NCBI GenBank assembly: GCA_035221665.1
Contig: CM069142.1
Coordinates: forward strand, 6,014,001 to 6,078,000
From: Okamejei kenojei
Taxonomy: Eukaryota
Reading direction: 5' to 3'
DNA: 64,000 bases
In this document: positions 52,576 to 64,000 of the stretch, piece after piece
How positions within the stretch are numbered: position 1 is the stretch's first letter
How the letters are laid out: the number at the start of each line of letters is the position of its first letter
Program-made: the position numbers and the translations under genes
The notes under the pieces: model-generated
What the model saw: the letters and a program-made list of their open reading frames with translations, nothing else
The model's database searches: none
Told to the model about the DNA's origin: nothing

Positions 52576-54219
52576 CCAAACTATAAAAATAGAAATAATT
52601 GAATTAAGTCACTGATTAAATCCATACAAATGGCTGGAGAAGTGAAAATAATCCAACAGTTCCCACATAACTTTCCATTACTCTTTCCTTCCAAACTCTA
52701 AATTATACATTCACTCATCCCCAAAATCAAGGCTTATTATACCATGTATTGCTGTTTTATGCACAACACAGTGAAACTACTTTCCATTCTCCCACCATCT
52801 TGCATTGAAAAGGCCCAAACACAACCTCTCCGTTGTGGTTACAAATTTGAAACAAACCATCCAGATGGTTCATGAATATTATACTTTCAGGCTGGTAACC
52901 CAAAATAATAACTACGACATACACCAAAATTATGGTGCTCTTTAGTACTATTAATTAGGTCTTCCATCTATTCTCCTATATGACCATAAAGAAGTTATTC
53001 TGCTCTCTAGGTTTAGCCTACTTGCGACTAGACCAAGTGTTGGCTTCCAAGCCTTCAGATTGGACCAAAAGGTTTTTCAGCAAACATGGAGAAAGATTTT
53101 CACTCACAATCTTCTAAGGATAAATCAGATTGTTGAAACCTTTAAGCAAGAATGGGCAATAAATTATGTATGCTGGCATAATCCACATGCTAAAAATATT
53201 TTTCATGTAAAGATATCCATGATGTCTATACTAACCTTTTAATATCTTGGCACTCTTTAGTACTATTAATTAGGTCTTTCATCTATTATCGTATATGGGA
53301 AATGTAACAGCTCGACATGCATCCTTCTGAAGGATCCTGACATATCTCAACACAGCTACACTTAGAAGGACAATTTGGGGGAATTAGTAAAATAAGTATA
53401 GTAACCTATTACATTCCATATATAAACAAATGGCATTAGTTACGTCACTAGAAAAAAAGTTTTTCAGAAACAAGTATGCTGTGATAAATGGATTCATAAT
53501 CACATCTAAAGTAAATATTCCTTGAAATAGGACTAGATTCAAGGTACAATTTGTGGCATGTCCAAAATTGTACTTTCCCCATATTAATTCCACGTTTTAT
53601 ATATATATTAAAGCACCAAGTTACGGGCAGACATTAACATCGTGGTTTACATAAATTTACCCAAACACCATCTGATTAAAACTAACTTTATTGGATCTGT
53701 CAATATTTGATTCATGTTTTATTTTAATCCCTAAACCAGTGCCTGAAACATTATTTGAGATTACAATGAGACAAAATGTTGTATTGTTTTGCATGCTGTT
53801 AATCATTTTCTTCCTTATAATCAAAAATGAAACGTACAACTATAAAGATAGATATACTTTTAAAATACGACCAACTGCGCACATTTATTAATAAATGTGA
53901 TTAATCAAATTTAAGAGAGTTTAAAGCAGACTGCTTCAATAAATGCGGGCGTCACGCTTTATAAAATAAAATAATAAACTAAAACAATCAGTCAAGGCCT
54001 GGATTGCTCATTAAAACCTCGGGGCAAATTTTAATCAACATCTCCGCTCGCATTCGCCGTCATCCCAGCTCAGCAGCAAAAGTAATGAGGCAAGTCAAAA
54101 TAGTGAACACGAACACACACACACACCCCAAACGTGGACGTCTGTTATTAAACCTATTCGACTAAACATGAGGGGCGTTCCTGCCATTTAAAAACAAACC
54201 CTCTTCAGCCTATATTACA

Positions 54220-55400
54220 CATTGAGAGAGGGAGAGTTTGATGCTGCTCGCACACGCGGGGAATGTAGGGGAGGGAGGTTGCTGTTTGTTGTCCGAGGGC
54301 CGAGGCTCGGCGGGCCGAGCGAGCGAGCGAGCGAGCGGCCGCTGTGCCCTCACCAACAGCGTCCACTATTTCACCCCCTTTGCCCGCAGGCCGGCCGAGC
54401 ACTTGATCCCGAATCACCACAGGCCGCTTTCACTCACACCCAGAAACCAAGACAAGCGGCAAGAAAAACGTAAAAGCCCGCGCCTTGTTTTGCATATTTA
54501 TTTTTTTTATTATAAGTCGGAACCATCCTCCCCCTCGCTGCCTTTTCTCTCTTATTTGTTTTATTTTTTTTTCCCCCTTTCAAAAATTCCTGGCGGATTT
54601 GCGCTGGGTGGAAAGCGGCCGCTCTGGGCTGCGTTCCTGCCGGGAATAAACGCATTAAAGTTTTCTTTTCGCTCGCCCCGCAATCAAATACAGTAATAAG
54701 GCAAAATAAATTATGCTAAATGGAAATATGAATATGTAAAATTAGAGCCATTACCGGGCTTTTCATCTTTGGACGCTCCATCCGCCATTTTGAATATCAA
54801 TTCGCTTTACCCGGCCTCCCCCGCGCTCGCAGGCCCGGCGCCCGCTGGACGATCCCCCCCAACCCGAACCCCGCCGCTCCCCGGCTCCCCGGCTCCCCGG
54901 CTCCCCGCCCGCCGGCCCTCGCCGCCCCGCCGCCGAGCCGAGCCGAAACCCCCGCCGCCGCCCGCCCGCCAACGATTCGTTTTTTTTAATTCCCCCCCCC
55001 CCCCCCTTGAGGCGCGCCTTTGTCGACGCTTCGACGGAAACGGACGGAGATTGACGATCTGCTCGCTGCGTGAGTGTGTACGCGGGGTTTTTTTTTTATA
55101 ATTTAAAAAAAAAACCCCGTCGGTTTGCTCGTTTTTTTTTCAATGCGGTCTGAGGTAATTGTTATCGGTTTGCGGTGGAAGCACGGGGTTTGGTGTTTTT
55201 TTCCGGAGATTGCCGAGCGGTTCGGGCGCCGACGGGCCGTTGACCGCATTCGGTGGGTGTTTTTCCGGAGATTGCCGAGCGGCGCTCGGCGGCTGCTCGG
55301 CCGGAGGCTCATTAACTGCAGTCATTTGCTTGCATTGTATTCCGCTGTTTATTAAAATGATTCCTAATCGTTTTCTGCTGCCCACAGCGGAAACGGACGG
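54220..55400 (-). promoter_or_regulatory. CpG island / POU2F1 ubiquitous promoter and 5'UTR
   Basis: GC- and CpG-rich, non-repetitive block around exon 1 with GC-box-like tracts. A YY1-type motif CCGCCATTTT (54782-54791) overlaps the start codon. Confidence 0.85.
54755..54788 (-). CDS. POU2F1: POU2F1 (Oct-1) coding exon 1, MADGASKDEKP plus 1 nt (phase 1)
   Basis: Minus strand reads gatattcaaaATGGCGGATGGAGCGTCCAAAGATGAAAAGCCCG|gtaatg inside a CpG island. It resembles the mammalian Oct-1 N-terminus MADGGAASQDE and splices in frame to the exon at 12224-12289. Confidence 0.88.
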
Positions 55401-55914
55401 AAATTCACGAATGCATTGAACTGCTTTTGGTCGTGAGCTCTTTCTGCAGGAATTCTTCAGTGAATTTTGGGGGGGGTTTCATTCAGTGCTGGAGGTTCTG
55501 TTGTCAAGTGTTCAATGCTTTTACTGCACAAGCATTTTTATACTTGGTGATATTAAACAGTAGATGGACACACTTCTAATGAAACTCAACATTGCAACGG
55601 CGAGGTTTTCATTTGATATAATACTCCGGATTATGGTAAGGATGGCTTCACTGTGAAGAGACCCGATTTTGAATAAACTATTAATGAGAACTATTCAAAA
55701 AGTGAATGTGTGCAGATTTGTACTCCTGAGGTGGAACCAATTTGCTTCAATAAAAAGCGACAAAACCAGGAGCTTGTTAAAATACATCAGCTCAGATCCT
55801 GGAAATAAGAAGCGACTACACAAATATTAACAACTACAAAAAGTGGTTAAAAATCATCTTAAGTTCTATCTAAACAAAATAATTGTATTTTATGCCTGTT
55901 TTTTAAAGTTATAG

Positions 55915-56222
55915 AGTAGCCAGGATCGAAGGCCTGAGCTACAGGGAGAGGTTGAGCAGGCTAGGACATTATTCCTCAATAGTGCAGGAGGATGAGGGTT
56001 GATCTTCGAGAGGTGTATAAAATCACGAGTGGAATAGATAGATAGATAGATAGATTAGTGGAACCCAGAACCAGAGGACATAGGTTTAAGGTGAGGTGGA
56101 AAGATTTAATAGGAACCTGAGGGGCAACATTTTTTTATAAACAGGAAGGGTGGTGGATATATCAAACGAGCTACTAGAGGGGGTTGCTGAGGCAGGTACG
56201 ATCACAACTTTTAAAAGATAAT
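55915..56222 (+). mobile_element. CR1 3' part, tail resumes at 57320-57395 after the Penelope insertion
   Basis: GGCCTGAGCTACAGGGAGAGGTTGAGCAGGCTAGGAC as at 29323; terminal GGGCATGTTAGTCGGCACGGGCAAGTTGGG..GAAGG. Confidence 0.8.
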
Positions 56223-57318
56223 TGGGAGTTCTTCCGTCTAGGCCGCATCTGCGTCCCAAATGAGATGTTCCAAACCAGGACATCTGAGATGTCCTCGTTC
56301 TTTAGGGAATGGGGTGGTTCCCCTCTTCCATCATATATGAGATCTTCACACGGGTCTCCTCAGTGTCCTGCAGCTCCACTCCTGCTGCCCCTACCTCCAG
56401 TCGCAACAGGAACAGAGTCCCCCTAGTCCTCATCTTTCACCAATTCAGCCATCGCATGCAGCACGTAATCCTTCTACATTTTCACCACCACCAACGGGAT
56501 CCCACCAGTAGCCACATATTCCCATCTCCACCGCTTTCTGCAGAGACCGTTCCCTCCGCAACTCCCTGGTTAACTCATCCCTTCCCACCCAAACCACCCC
56601 CTCCCTAAGTACTTTCCCCTGCAACCGCAGGAGATGCAACACCTGTCCCTATACCTCATCCCTCGACTCCATCCAAGGACCGTGACAGTCCTTCCCGGTG
56701 AGGTTCACTTGAACCTCCTCCAACTTCAGCTAATGTATCCGCTGTTCCTGGTGTGGTGGACTCCAATATATCGGAGAGACCAAGTACAGGCTCGGCAATC
56801 GTTTCGCCGAACACCTCCGTTCAGTCCGCCTTGGCCTACGTGATATCTCGGCTGCAAAACATTTTACCTCCCCCTCCCATTCCCACACTGACCTTTCTGT
56901 CCAGAGCCTCCTCCATTGTCAGAGTGAGGCCCAACGCCAACTGGAGGAACAGCACCTCATCTTTCGCTTGAGCAGCTTACAGCCCAGCAGTTTGAGTATT
57001 GATTTCTCTAACTTCAGGTAACCCTTGCTTTCCCTCTCACTCTATCCCTCCCCCATCGTAGGTTTCTGACTAGTTCTTCTGTCCTCCTGATTAAATATTA
57101 CTGATTGTATGCCTCCTTATCACTTCCCACTCAGCTAACAATGAACCACTCTACATTTCCTGAGCATCATCTGCTTTGATCTTTTGTTTCATGCCTTGCC
57201 CTTCCATGTCTCTAGATTCCATCTCCCCTAACTCTCAGTCTGAAGAAGGGTCTCTACCCGAAACGTCATCAATTCCTTCTCTCCAGGGATGCTGGCTGTC
57301 CCGTTGTTACTCCAGCAT
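56223..57318 (+). mobile_element. Penelope-like element (Neptune-type) 3' part: RT C-terminus, Cys-rich linker, GIY-YIG endonuclease, pLTR with hammerhead core
   Basis: FFRLGRIC..TRTSEMSSFFRE; TFPCNRRRCNTCPY; CIRCSWC..YIGETK..RFAEHLRSV; LEEQHLIFRL..IDFSNFR*. CTGAAGAAGGGTCTCTACCCGAAACGTC at 57240-57267. Confidence 0.92.
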
Positions 57319-57624
57319 TGAGTGCAGATGGGGCATGTTAGTCGGCACGGGCAAGTTGGGTTGAAGGTCCTATTTCCAAGCTGTTTGACTGACTCACCTG
57401 CGATTTAGATGGCAGAACCGAAGGCTTTTATTCTGAATGTTGTAGATTCAAGGGCCATTCGAGAGCACAAAGGATAAAGCTAGGACTCTAGTGAGTTATT
57501 GAGGGAATGCTACTCTGTTGGAGGTGGATAGATTCAAAGATTTATCAGCTAAAAATTGGACATAAATTTTATATCACATGTTCCTAGCCCAACCGTTAAA
57601 TTCAACACAGCGAACTAATGATGA

Positions 57625-58400
57625 AAGAAACCGCAAGTGACACAGCTGGCATCCTGGTGCCGTCGCAACAACCTGGAGCTCAATGCTCTTAAGACAGTGG
57701 AATTGACAGTAGACTTTAGGAGAGCTCCCCCTCCCTTCACCCCACTCACCATCAACAGCACCACAGTCACATCTGTGGAGTCTTTTAACTTCCTGGGAAC
57801 CATGATTTCCAAGGGCCTTAAGCGGGGGGGGGGGGGGGGCTACCATCGACTCCACAGTCAAAAAGGCACAACAGAGGATGTACTTCCTGTGGTAGTTGAG
57901 GAAGCACAATCTCCCACAGGCAATGATAGTCCAATTTAATACGGCCATCGTAGAGTCTTCTCCATCGTGGTCTGGTTTGGCTCAGCCGCCAAGCACGACA
58001 TCCAGAGGCTGCAGCGAATCATCCGATCAGCTGAGAAGGTCATTGGCTGCAACCTTCCCTCATTGACGAACTGTACACTGCAAGGGCCAGGAAGCGAGCG
58101 GGTATGATCATCTCTGACCCCTCTCACCCTGGCCACAAACTCTTTGAATCACTTCCCTCTGGAAGGCGACTCCGGACTGTCAAAGCTGCCACAGCCAGAC
58201 ATAAAAACAGCTTTTTTTCCACGAGTAGTTATTTAATTCACATGTTTAATCAATAATGTTTTATTATTAATGTTTAATGTTTTATGTATCATTCCTAACT
58301 GTCACTGTATGTCATGTTGTCACTTGCGGGCAGAGCACCAAGGCAAATTCCTTGTATGTGAATACTTGGCCAATAAACATATTCATTCATTCATTCATTC
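57625..58400 (+). mobile_element. Rex1 3' part
   Basis: WCRRNNLELNALKTVELTVDFRR, SHPGHKLFESLPSGRR; (ATTC)n tail. Confidence 0.9.
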
Positions 58401-58419
58401 AAGATACAAAAAACTTGAG

Positions 58420-59355
58420 CAAAACAAAGTGCTGGAGAAACTCAGCAGGCTAGGCAGCATCTGTGGAGGAGATGGGCAGACAACGTTTCGGGTTGGGACT
58501 TGTGTTTAGTTGATGAATGAAACAGTGGCTGGCAAGCCTAAATGCCAGGTATTAGATGTCAATTAGATCTAATTTTGGAAGAACAGCAGAATGTGCAGAC
58601 ACTGTTATGTTGCACATTTGCCGGATCTGACGGGGTACCATGTTCTACCCAAAGACATGTTTAGACTCGGCACCATCTCCCAATGCCAATTGTCCAATTG
58701 TCTTTCTGCTGACTGGTTAGTACGCAACAAAAGCTTTTCATTGTATCAGTGCATGTGACAATGAACTGAACTGAACTGATTTGTGGCACGTCATGACTTG
58801 GCTTAGCTGCAACTTCTTCCATGCAAAGACTGGGAAGAGCATGTCATCACCCCAGTTTGATTTCCACACCCTCATCATCAGTTTCACTTCCCCTATTATC
58901 ACCCGAGGTTGAACATTTTCATTTCCAAAATGTATCTTCTACCATCTGTTATTTTGCCTATCTCCATCCCTGCCTCAAACCAACTGCTGCTCTGTCATAC
59001 AGTCTGAAGAAGGATCCATACATAAAACGTCACATATCCATGTTCTACAGAGATGCTGCCTGATCAGCTGAGTTACTCCAGCACTCTTGCTTTTTTCTTT
59101 GCTTTGTCATCCATAGCTACATTTGTTCATCTCAACCAATGGGCACGTTTGTATTTGGTCTCTCATCCTCCGCATTCTGTAAACATCAGGCGTGCACAAA
59201 GTGTCTCGATCCAATATCTCACCTATCCATGACCTGAAGACAGGTCTCTACCCGAAACATCACCTTTTCCTTTTCTCCAGAGATGCTGTCTGTCCCACTG
59301 AGTTACTCCAGCTTTTTGTGTCTATCTCCCGAGATGATGCCTGATCTGCTGAGTA
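58420..59355. mobile_element. Cluster of degenerate Penelope pLTR fragments (58420-58500 minus; 58999-59085 and 59200-59355 plus)
   Basis: CTGAAGA..GAAAC and GATGCTG..CTGAGTTACTCCAGC motifs. Confidence 0.75.
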
Positions 59356-59774
59356 TCTTTGTGTCTTTATAGTATATGTACTATATCACATTGTCCCTAT
59401 CACTGATCATCTATTAGCTTTACCCAATCTCTATAATCTTGTCTCACAATTTTAAATCACCATCTCAGTAACATTCTCCAGCAGTTCGTCCTTCCATGAA
59501 TTCCTGTGTCACTTTTGTATTACTATTCCTTCATCAAGTGACAATGTAGATTTCACTTTCTGCAATCCCCAATATATCCCCTCTCCTGTTCACCAGCTTC
59601 TTTTAGACATTTAATTATATTGCAGTCTTGCCATCATCTCACCTCCAGTCTAATGAAGCCTTGAGATTTTCTTTTAAATGTGCAAATTTTGAAATTGAGG
59701 TGCAAGTTATTACAATAATGTAAAAGACTTTACATTATTGTATGCAGTATCTCCATAAAAATAACATAACATGA

Positions 59775-60492
59775 GGAGTGGCGGCAGCTACCTGCAGTCT
59801 GTCTGTCTTTTTTTCTTTATTTTGTCATGTTTATTTTGGGAGCATGTTTTTGGTTTTATTTAAGTTGTGTATATGTGGGGGGGCGGGTGAGGGAAACTTT
59901 TTAATTTCTTCCCTGAAACTTTTCCCTTGTCGTGTCTCCGTTTGTCGTTGGGCCTAACATCGCGGAGCTGGTGGCCTCCATCCGGGATCGACCCCTCCAT
60001 CCGGGATCGAACTGATGGCTCCAGCCATAGAGCTGCAACCTGGCCGGAGCTTAGGAGCTTCGGCCGCGGGCCCTGTGGACGGTAGAGTCGGGAGCTCGCA
60101 GGTCCCTGGTGGGAGAACGATTTTCGGAGCTCCCGCAACAGCAACTTCTCCCACCCGAATCGAGGGTTTGAATCGGCACGGAGCGGGGCCTTACATCGCC
60201 CGGCGCGGCTTAAATGGCCGTGGGACTTACCATCGCCCGCCGGCGGCTTTAACATCGGGAGCCCCGGTCGCCTCAACTTTGCAGTTTGGCTGCCTGACCG
60301 CGGGAGAAGAACAAAGGACAGGGGAGAGATAAGACTTTTGCCTTCCTTCACAGTGAGAAGGTGTTTGGAGATTCACTGTGATGGATGTTTATGTGGAATT
60401 GTGTGTTTTGGTCTTTTTCTTGCTGTTATGACTGCAGGAACGAAATTTCGTTCAAATGATGTTTGAATGACAATAAAGGGCAATTGAATTGA
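59775..60492 (+). mobile_element. Non-coding retroposon, copy C
   Basis: Shares TTGCCTTCC.TCACAGTGAG..CACTGTG.TGGATGTTTATGT with copy A; ends TGACAATAAA plus (AATTG)n. Confidence 0.75.
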
Positions 60493-60675
60493 ATAACGAT
60501 TCTGGTATCTGCTTTTTGGTTTGCTATCATGCCTATGCAGCCCATCCTCTGCTCTGCTCTGCTTTCTCCATCAGAATTCCCATGGTGTCGTGATGGGTGC
60601 ATCCAATTTTCTAACTGAACTATTTGTAGATATATTTACAAGGGTGGATTTAAAACCAGAAAACTTTGATTTATA

Positions 60676-63600
60676 CTAGAGCAAGTGCAGATCCGCTGGG
60701 TCTGTTCCCCCAACGCGCGTTTGCGGGAAGGGGGTGCTGCGGCTTCACACGCACACTAACCACACACACACACACGGGGGTGAGGGGGAGGGGGGACAGA
60801 GGAAGGAAGAGAGAGGGGTGGAGGTGGAGAGAGAATGGAGAGGGAGGGGGGGAGCGAGGTGGTGGAGGGGAGAGGGGGGAGCGAGTTGGAGGAGGGGAGA
60901 GGGGGGTTGGAGGAGGGGAGGGGGGTTAGAGGAGGGGAGAGGGGGGTTGGTGGAGGGAAAAGGGGGTTGGGGAGGGGAGAGGGGGGTGGAGGTGGTGATG
61001 GGGGGCCGAGACAGAAGGGGGAGAGAGGAGGGGGAGCGCGTTCGGTTTGCAGCAGGAGGGAGGGGCGTGACTTCACTCGCTGCTCTTGGGGCAGGTTTCC
61101 CAGAGGGAGTAATGGCCGCGAGGGCCGCCTTCTCATCGCATGCCCTCGCACGACGATAACGGTGGCCGCCGCCATGTTCTACCATCGGGCAGGGGACAGA
61201 GAGGATTCAGACGCAAGCCAGTGGCCTCCAGTGACTGGCTGTGACCTCCCGATCTACAGAACGCTCGTTCTTTATGTGCATTTTGAAGAACGGGGGTGGG
61301 GGGAGGGGAAGAGTGGTAACGTACCTCGTGAAAAACTGCGCATGCGCGTTGACATTAATGCGGGGGGCGAGGTCATGATCGAGCTGGGCCACGTGCAAGG
61401 GCATTGTGAGGTCAGCAGCTGGGCAACCTTAATTTTTTTTTTTTAATATCCCTTTGGTTATAAATTTTAGTAAATATCTCGGGAAATAATTGACCAAATT
61501 TATACAGGATTGGATTTTTGAAATAAGGAAAATTTCTACCAGACAATGTAAAAATGTCACTGTTATTGTAACGTCAGCAGCTGGGCAGTGGTCAGATTTT
61601 AAAAAAAGATCTGAATGGTCAACAATTTTAATTTTAAAAAGGTCAGGAAAATAATGTACCAAATATACAAATCACAAGGAAACTCTCTACTGAAATATGT
61701 AAAAATGTCCCCGTTTCGGCATCTGGTTTTCGAGGAGATACATTACAAAGGCAAAATCACACACACGCACACGCACGCGCACACACATGCGCACACATAC
61801 ACACACACCTCGTTGGGTCTGTTCTCCCAACGTGGGGGGGGGCATGCGGCATCACACACTAACTACCCCCCCCCCCCTGCACACACGCTAACTACCCCCC
61901 TTGATATATTAATTTGCTCCTTTTACCCCATAACAGCCCTATCCACTGACACATAGCCCCCAACTCGCAGGCGGGTCTAGAGAGGGAGGGGGGGGGTGTA
62001 GAGAGTGAGGGCAGAGTGAATGGGGAGAGACAGAGAGAAACGGGCAGAGACAGAAGGGCAAGAGGCAGGGGGAGGGGGGGGTGGAGGAGGGGTGAGAGAG
62101 ATGGGAGGAGAGAGAGGGGGGGAAGGGGAGGGGAGAGGTGGGGGGAAAGGGAGGGGGAGAGGTGGAGGTGAAGGGAGAGGGAGGAAGGGGGCGAGAGGGG
62201 GGGAGAGAGACTGAGAGCGAAATGCAACCGTGCGTCACGCATTCAGAATGTTCTGGAAATGAAGCGTCCACGTCTCATGCACGAAAGCTGTCGGCAGCTC
62301 TATGGAATTCAGGGGAGGACCCCCTCACACACACACGCACACAGCGGGTCCAATCTAAGCTGTCAATGGAGACAGCAATTTTTTTTTTTAACTGTCTTTG
62401 AAATTAACAGTTAATGTTAAGAATTAGTAATGTTAAATGAGAAATAATTCAATTCAATTCAATTCAATGAAAAACAATGGAATCAACAACCTGGCAGGCT
62501 GGGGGAGGGGCAGGCCGGGCGGGGCCAGGAGGCAGTTGGGCCAGGTTCAAAGGCTTCAAAAAGCAGCTGGGCAATCTTAATATTTTTTTTAAATGTCAGT
62601 TTGGTGATAAATTTTAGTAAATATCTCTGCAAATAATTGACCAAATTGATAGAGGATTGGATTTTTGAAATCATAAGGACATTTTCTACCAGAAGATGTA
62701 AACATATCAGTTATTGTAACGTTAGCAGCTGGGCTGCGGTCAGATTTTTTAAAAAAAAGGTCAGATTGGTTAACAATTTTAATTAAAAAGTCAGGAAAGT
62801 AATGTAGCAACGGTACAGACAAGTGGATTTCAAAACTCGCAAGGAAAATCTCTGAAATATGTTTTTAAAAAATCCCTTTTCAGCGTGTGGTTTTCGAGGA
62901 TATACGTTTCACATGCAAAATGACACACACACGCAGAGTTTTAATAGATACTCGACCGAGTGCAGACCCGTTGGGTCTGTTCCCCAATGTGCGGTTGCAG
63001 GGAGGGAGGCAGCATGCGGCGTCACACACACTAACTATCCCCCCCCCCCCCCCGCGCACACGCTAACTATAGCCTTGATATATTAATATTATTAATTTGC
63101 TCCTTTTACCCCACAACAGCCCTATCTACTGAAGCATAGCCCCCACTGGCAGGCGCTTCTAGAGGGGGGGGGATAGAGAGTGAGGGCAGAAAGAGAAGGG
63201 GCGGAGACACAGAGAGAGGGGCAGAGACAGAGAGAGGGGCAAGAGACAGAGGGAGGGGAGGAGAGGGGGAGGGGGAGAGGTGGGGGGAAAGGGAGGGGGT
63301 AGGGGGTGAGAGGGGGTATGGATGGGAGGAGCGAAGGGAGAAAGGGGGAGGGGAGTATGGATGGGAGGAGCGAAGGGGTGAGGGGAAGAAAAGGGGGGGA
63401 GAGGGGGGTTGTTACCGAACCGAACTCACTGCGGAATGAATCCATTAACGGAGCCATTCTGCTGCTGGATTCAAAGTTGTCCCTGCATTCCCTCTGGAAG
63501 CCTCCTCGTTCCCATCAGATGTCGAGTTCCCAGAGCCCTGGTTAAACGTGGGGGCCGCTCGCGGTTAAGTGTGTGAAGGCGGCCCCATCAGAGACTGTGA

Positions 63601-64000
63601 TGCCTCGCATCCTTGGCGCTGCAGACCCCGAGTACGGGGGGGGGGAAAGTGGAGCGGGCGGGCGTGATGCCGAGTGAGCCTGCGGGCCAGGCGTACGCCG
63701 TCAAGACGCTGCGTACGACGTTGATACGCTGCATACGCCCGTCGAGTGAGCCTGCGGGCCGACAGGCCATTGACGCGCGGGATTTTCGGACAGTGGGATT
63801 TTCGGATAGAGGACGGCGAAAAGCAGCGGAGGAACGGCCTATCTTTGGCTTGAGCCAGCGTGGGCCGGGGGGGGAATGGAGGAGAGTCGGGCGGCAGCAG
63901 CCGTTATGGTCGCGCAGGAGACGCAATGAGAAGGTGGCCAAGAGGAGGAGACTTTTAAAACAGTGTGTGTGTGTGAGTGAGTGTGGGGGGGAAGGATTTT
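60676..64000 (-). mobile_element. Head-to-tail cluster of three non-autonomous Helitrons (~60676-61807, ~61808-62948, 62951-end)
   Basis: Minus-strand CTAG|T end at 60676 preceded by hairpin CAGATCC-GCT-GGGTCTG (60688-60704). Perfect CAGACCC-GTT-GGGTCTG in unit 3. TC 5' end at 62948 next to a GT microsatellite. Units share homologous blocks. Confidence 0.75.

Noticed and set aside
54755-54788. SUMO2-like start (MADEKP)
   Set aside because: Only superficial similarity; the in-frame downstream exon matches POU2F1 exon 2 in sequence and phase.

Overview
Eukaryotic (vertebrate) genomic DNA, most likely a cartilaginous fish (skate/ray-like repeat content: HE1/V-SINEs, CR1/HER1, Rex1, Penelope). 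The window holds the 5' end of the POU2F1 (Oct-1) gene on the minus strand: a CpG-island promoter with coding exon 1 (54755-54788, MADGASKDEKP), a ~42.5-kb intron 1, coding exon 2 (12224-12289, ESKMSNPSEAIKPSLDGNEGST) and >12 kb of intron 2. Most of the rest is transposable-element derived. It includes a decayed class I ERV split by a Rex1 LINE and by a structurally complete DIRS1-type tyrosine-recombinase retrotransposon, an IR/DR Tc1 element, a hAT/Charlie MITE, a triple-nested CR1/CR1/L1 cluster and clustered non-autonomous Helitrons. There is also a Penelope GIY-YIG fragment and about a dozen short Penelope-derived insertions, several carrying a minimal hammerhead-ribozyme core and three flanked by ~11-14-bp target-site duplications. 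A repeat-poor intronic block with an octamer cluster and an 81-nt stop-containing candidate cassette exon suggests Oct-1 autoregulation. There is one 242-nt assembly gap. Most ORFs in the supplied track are spurious or TE fragments.
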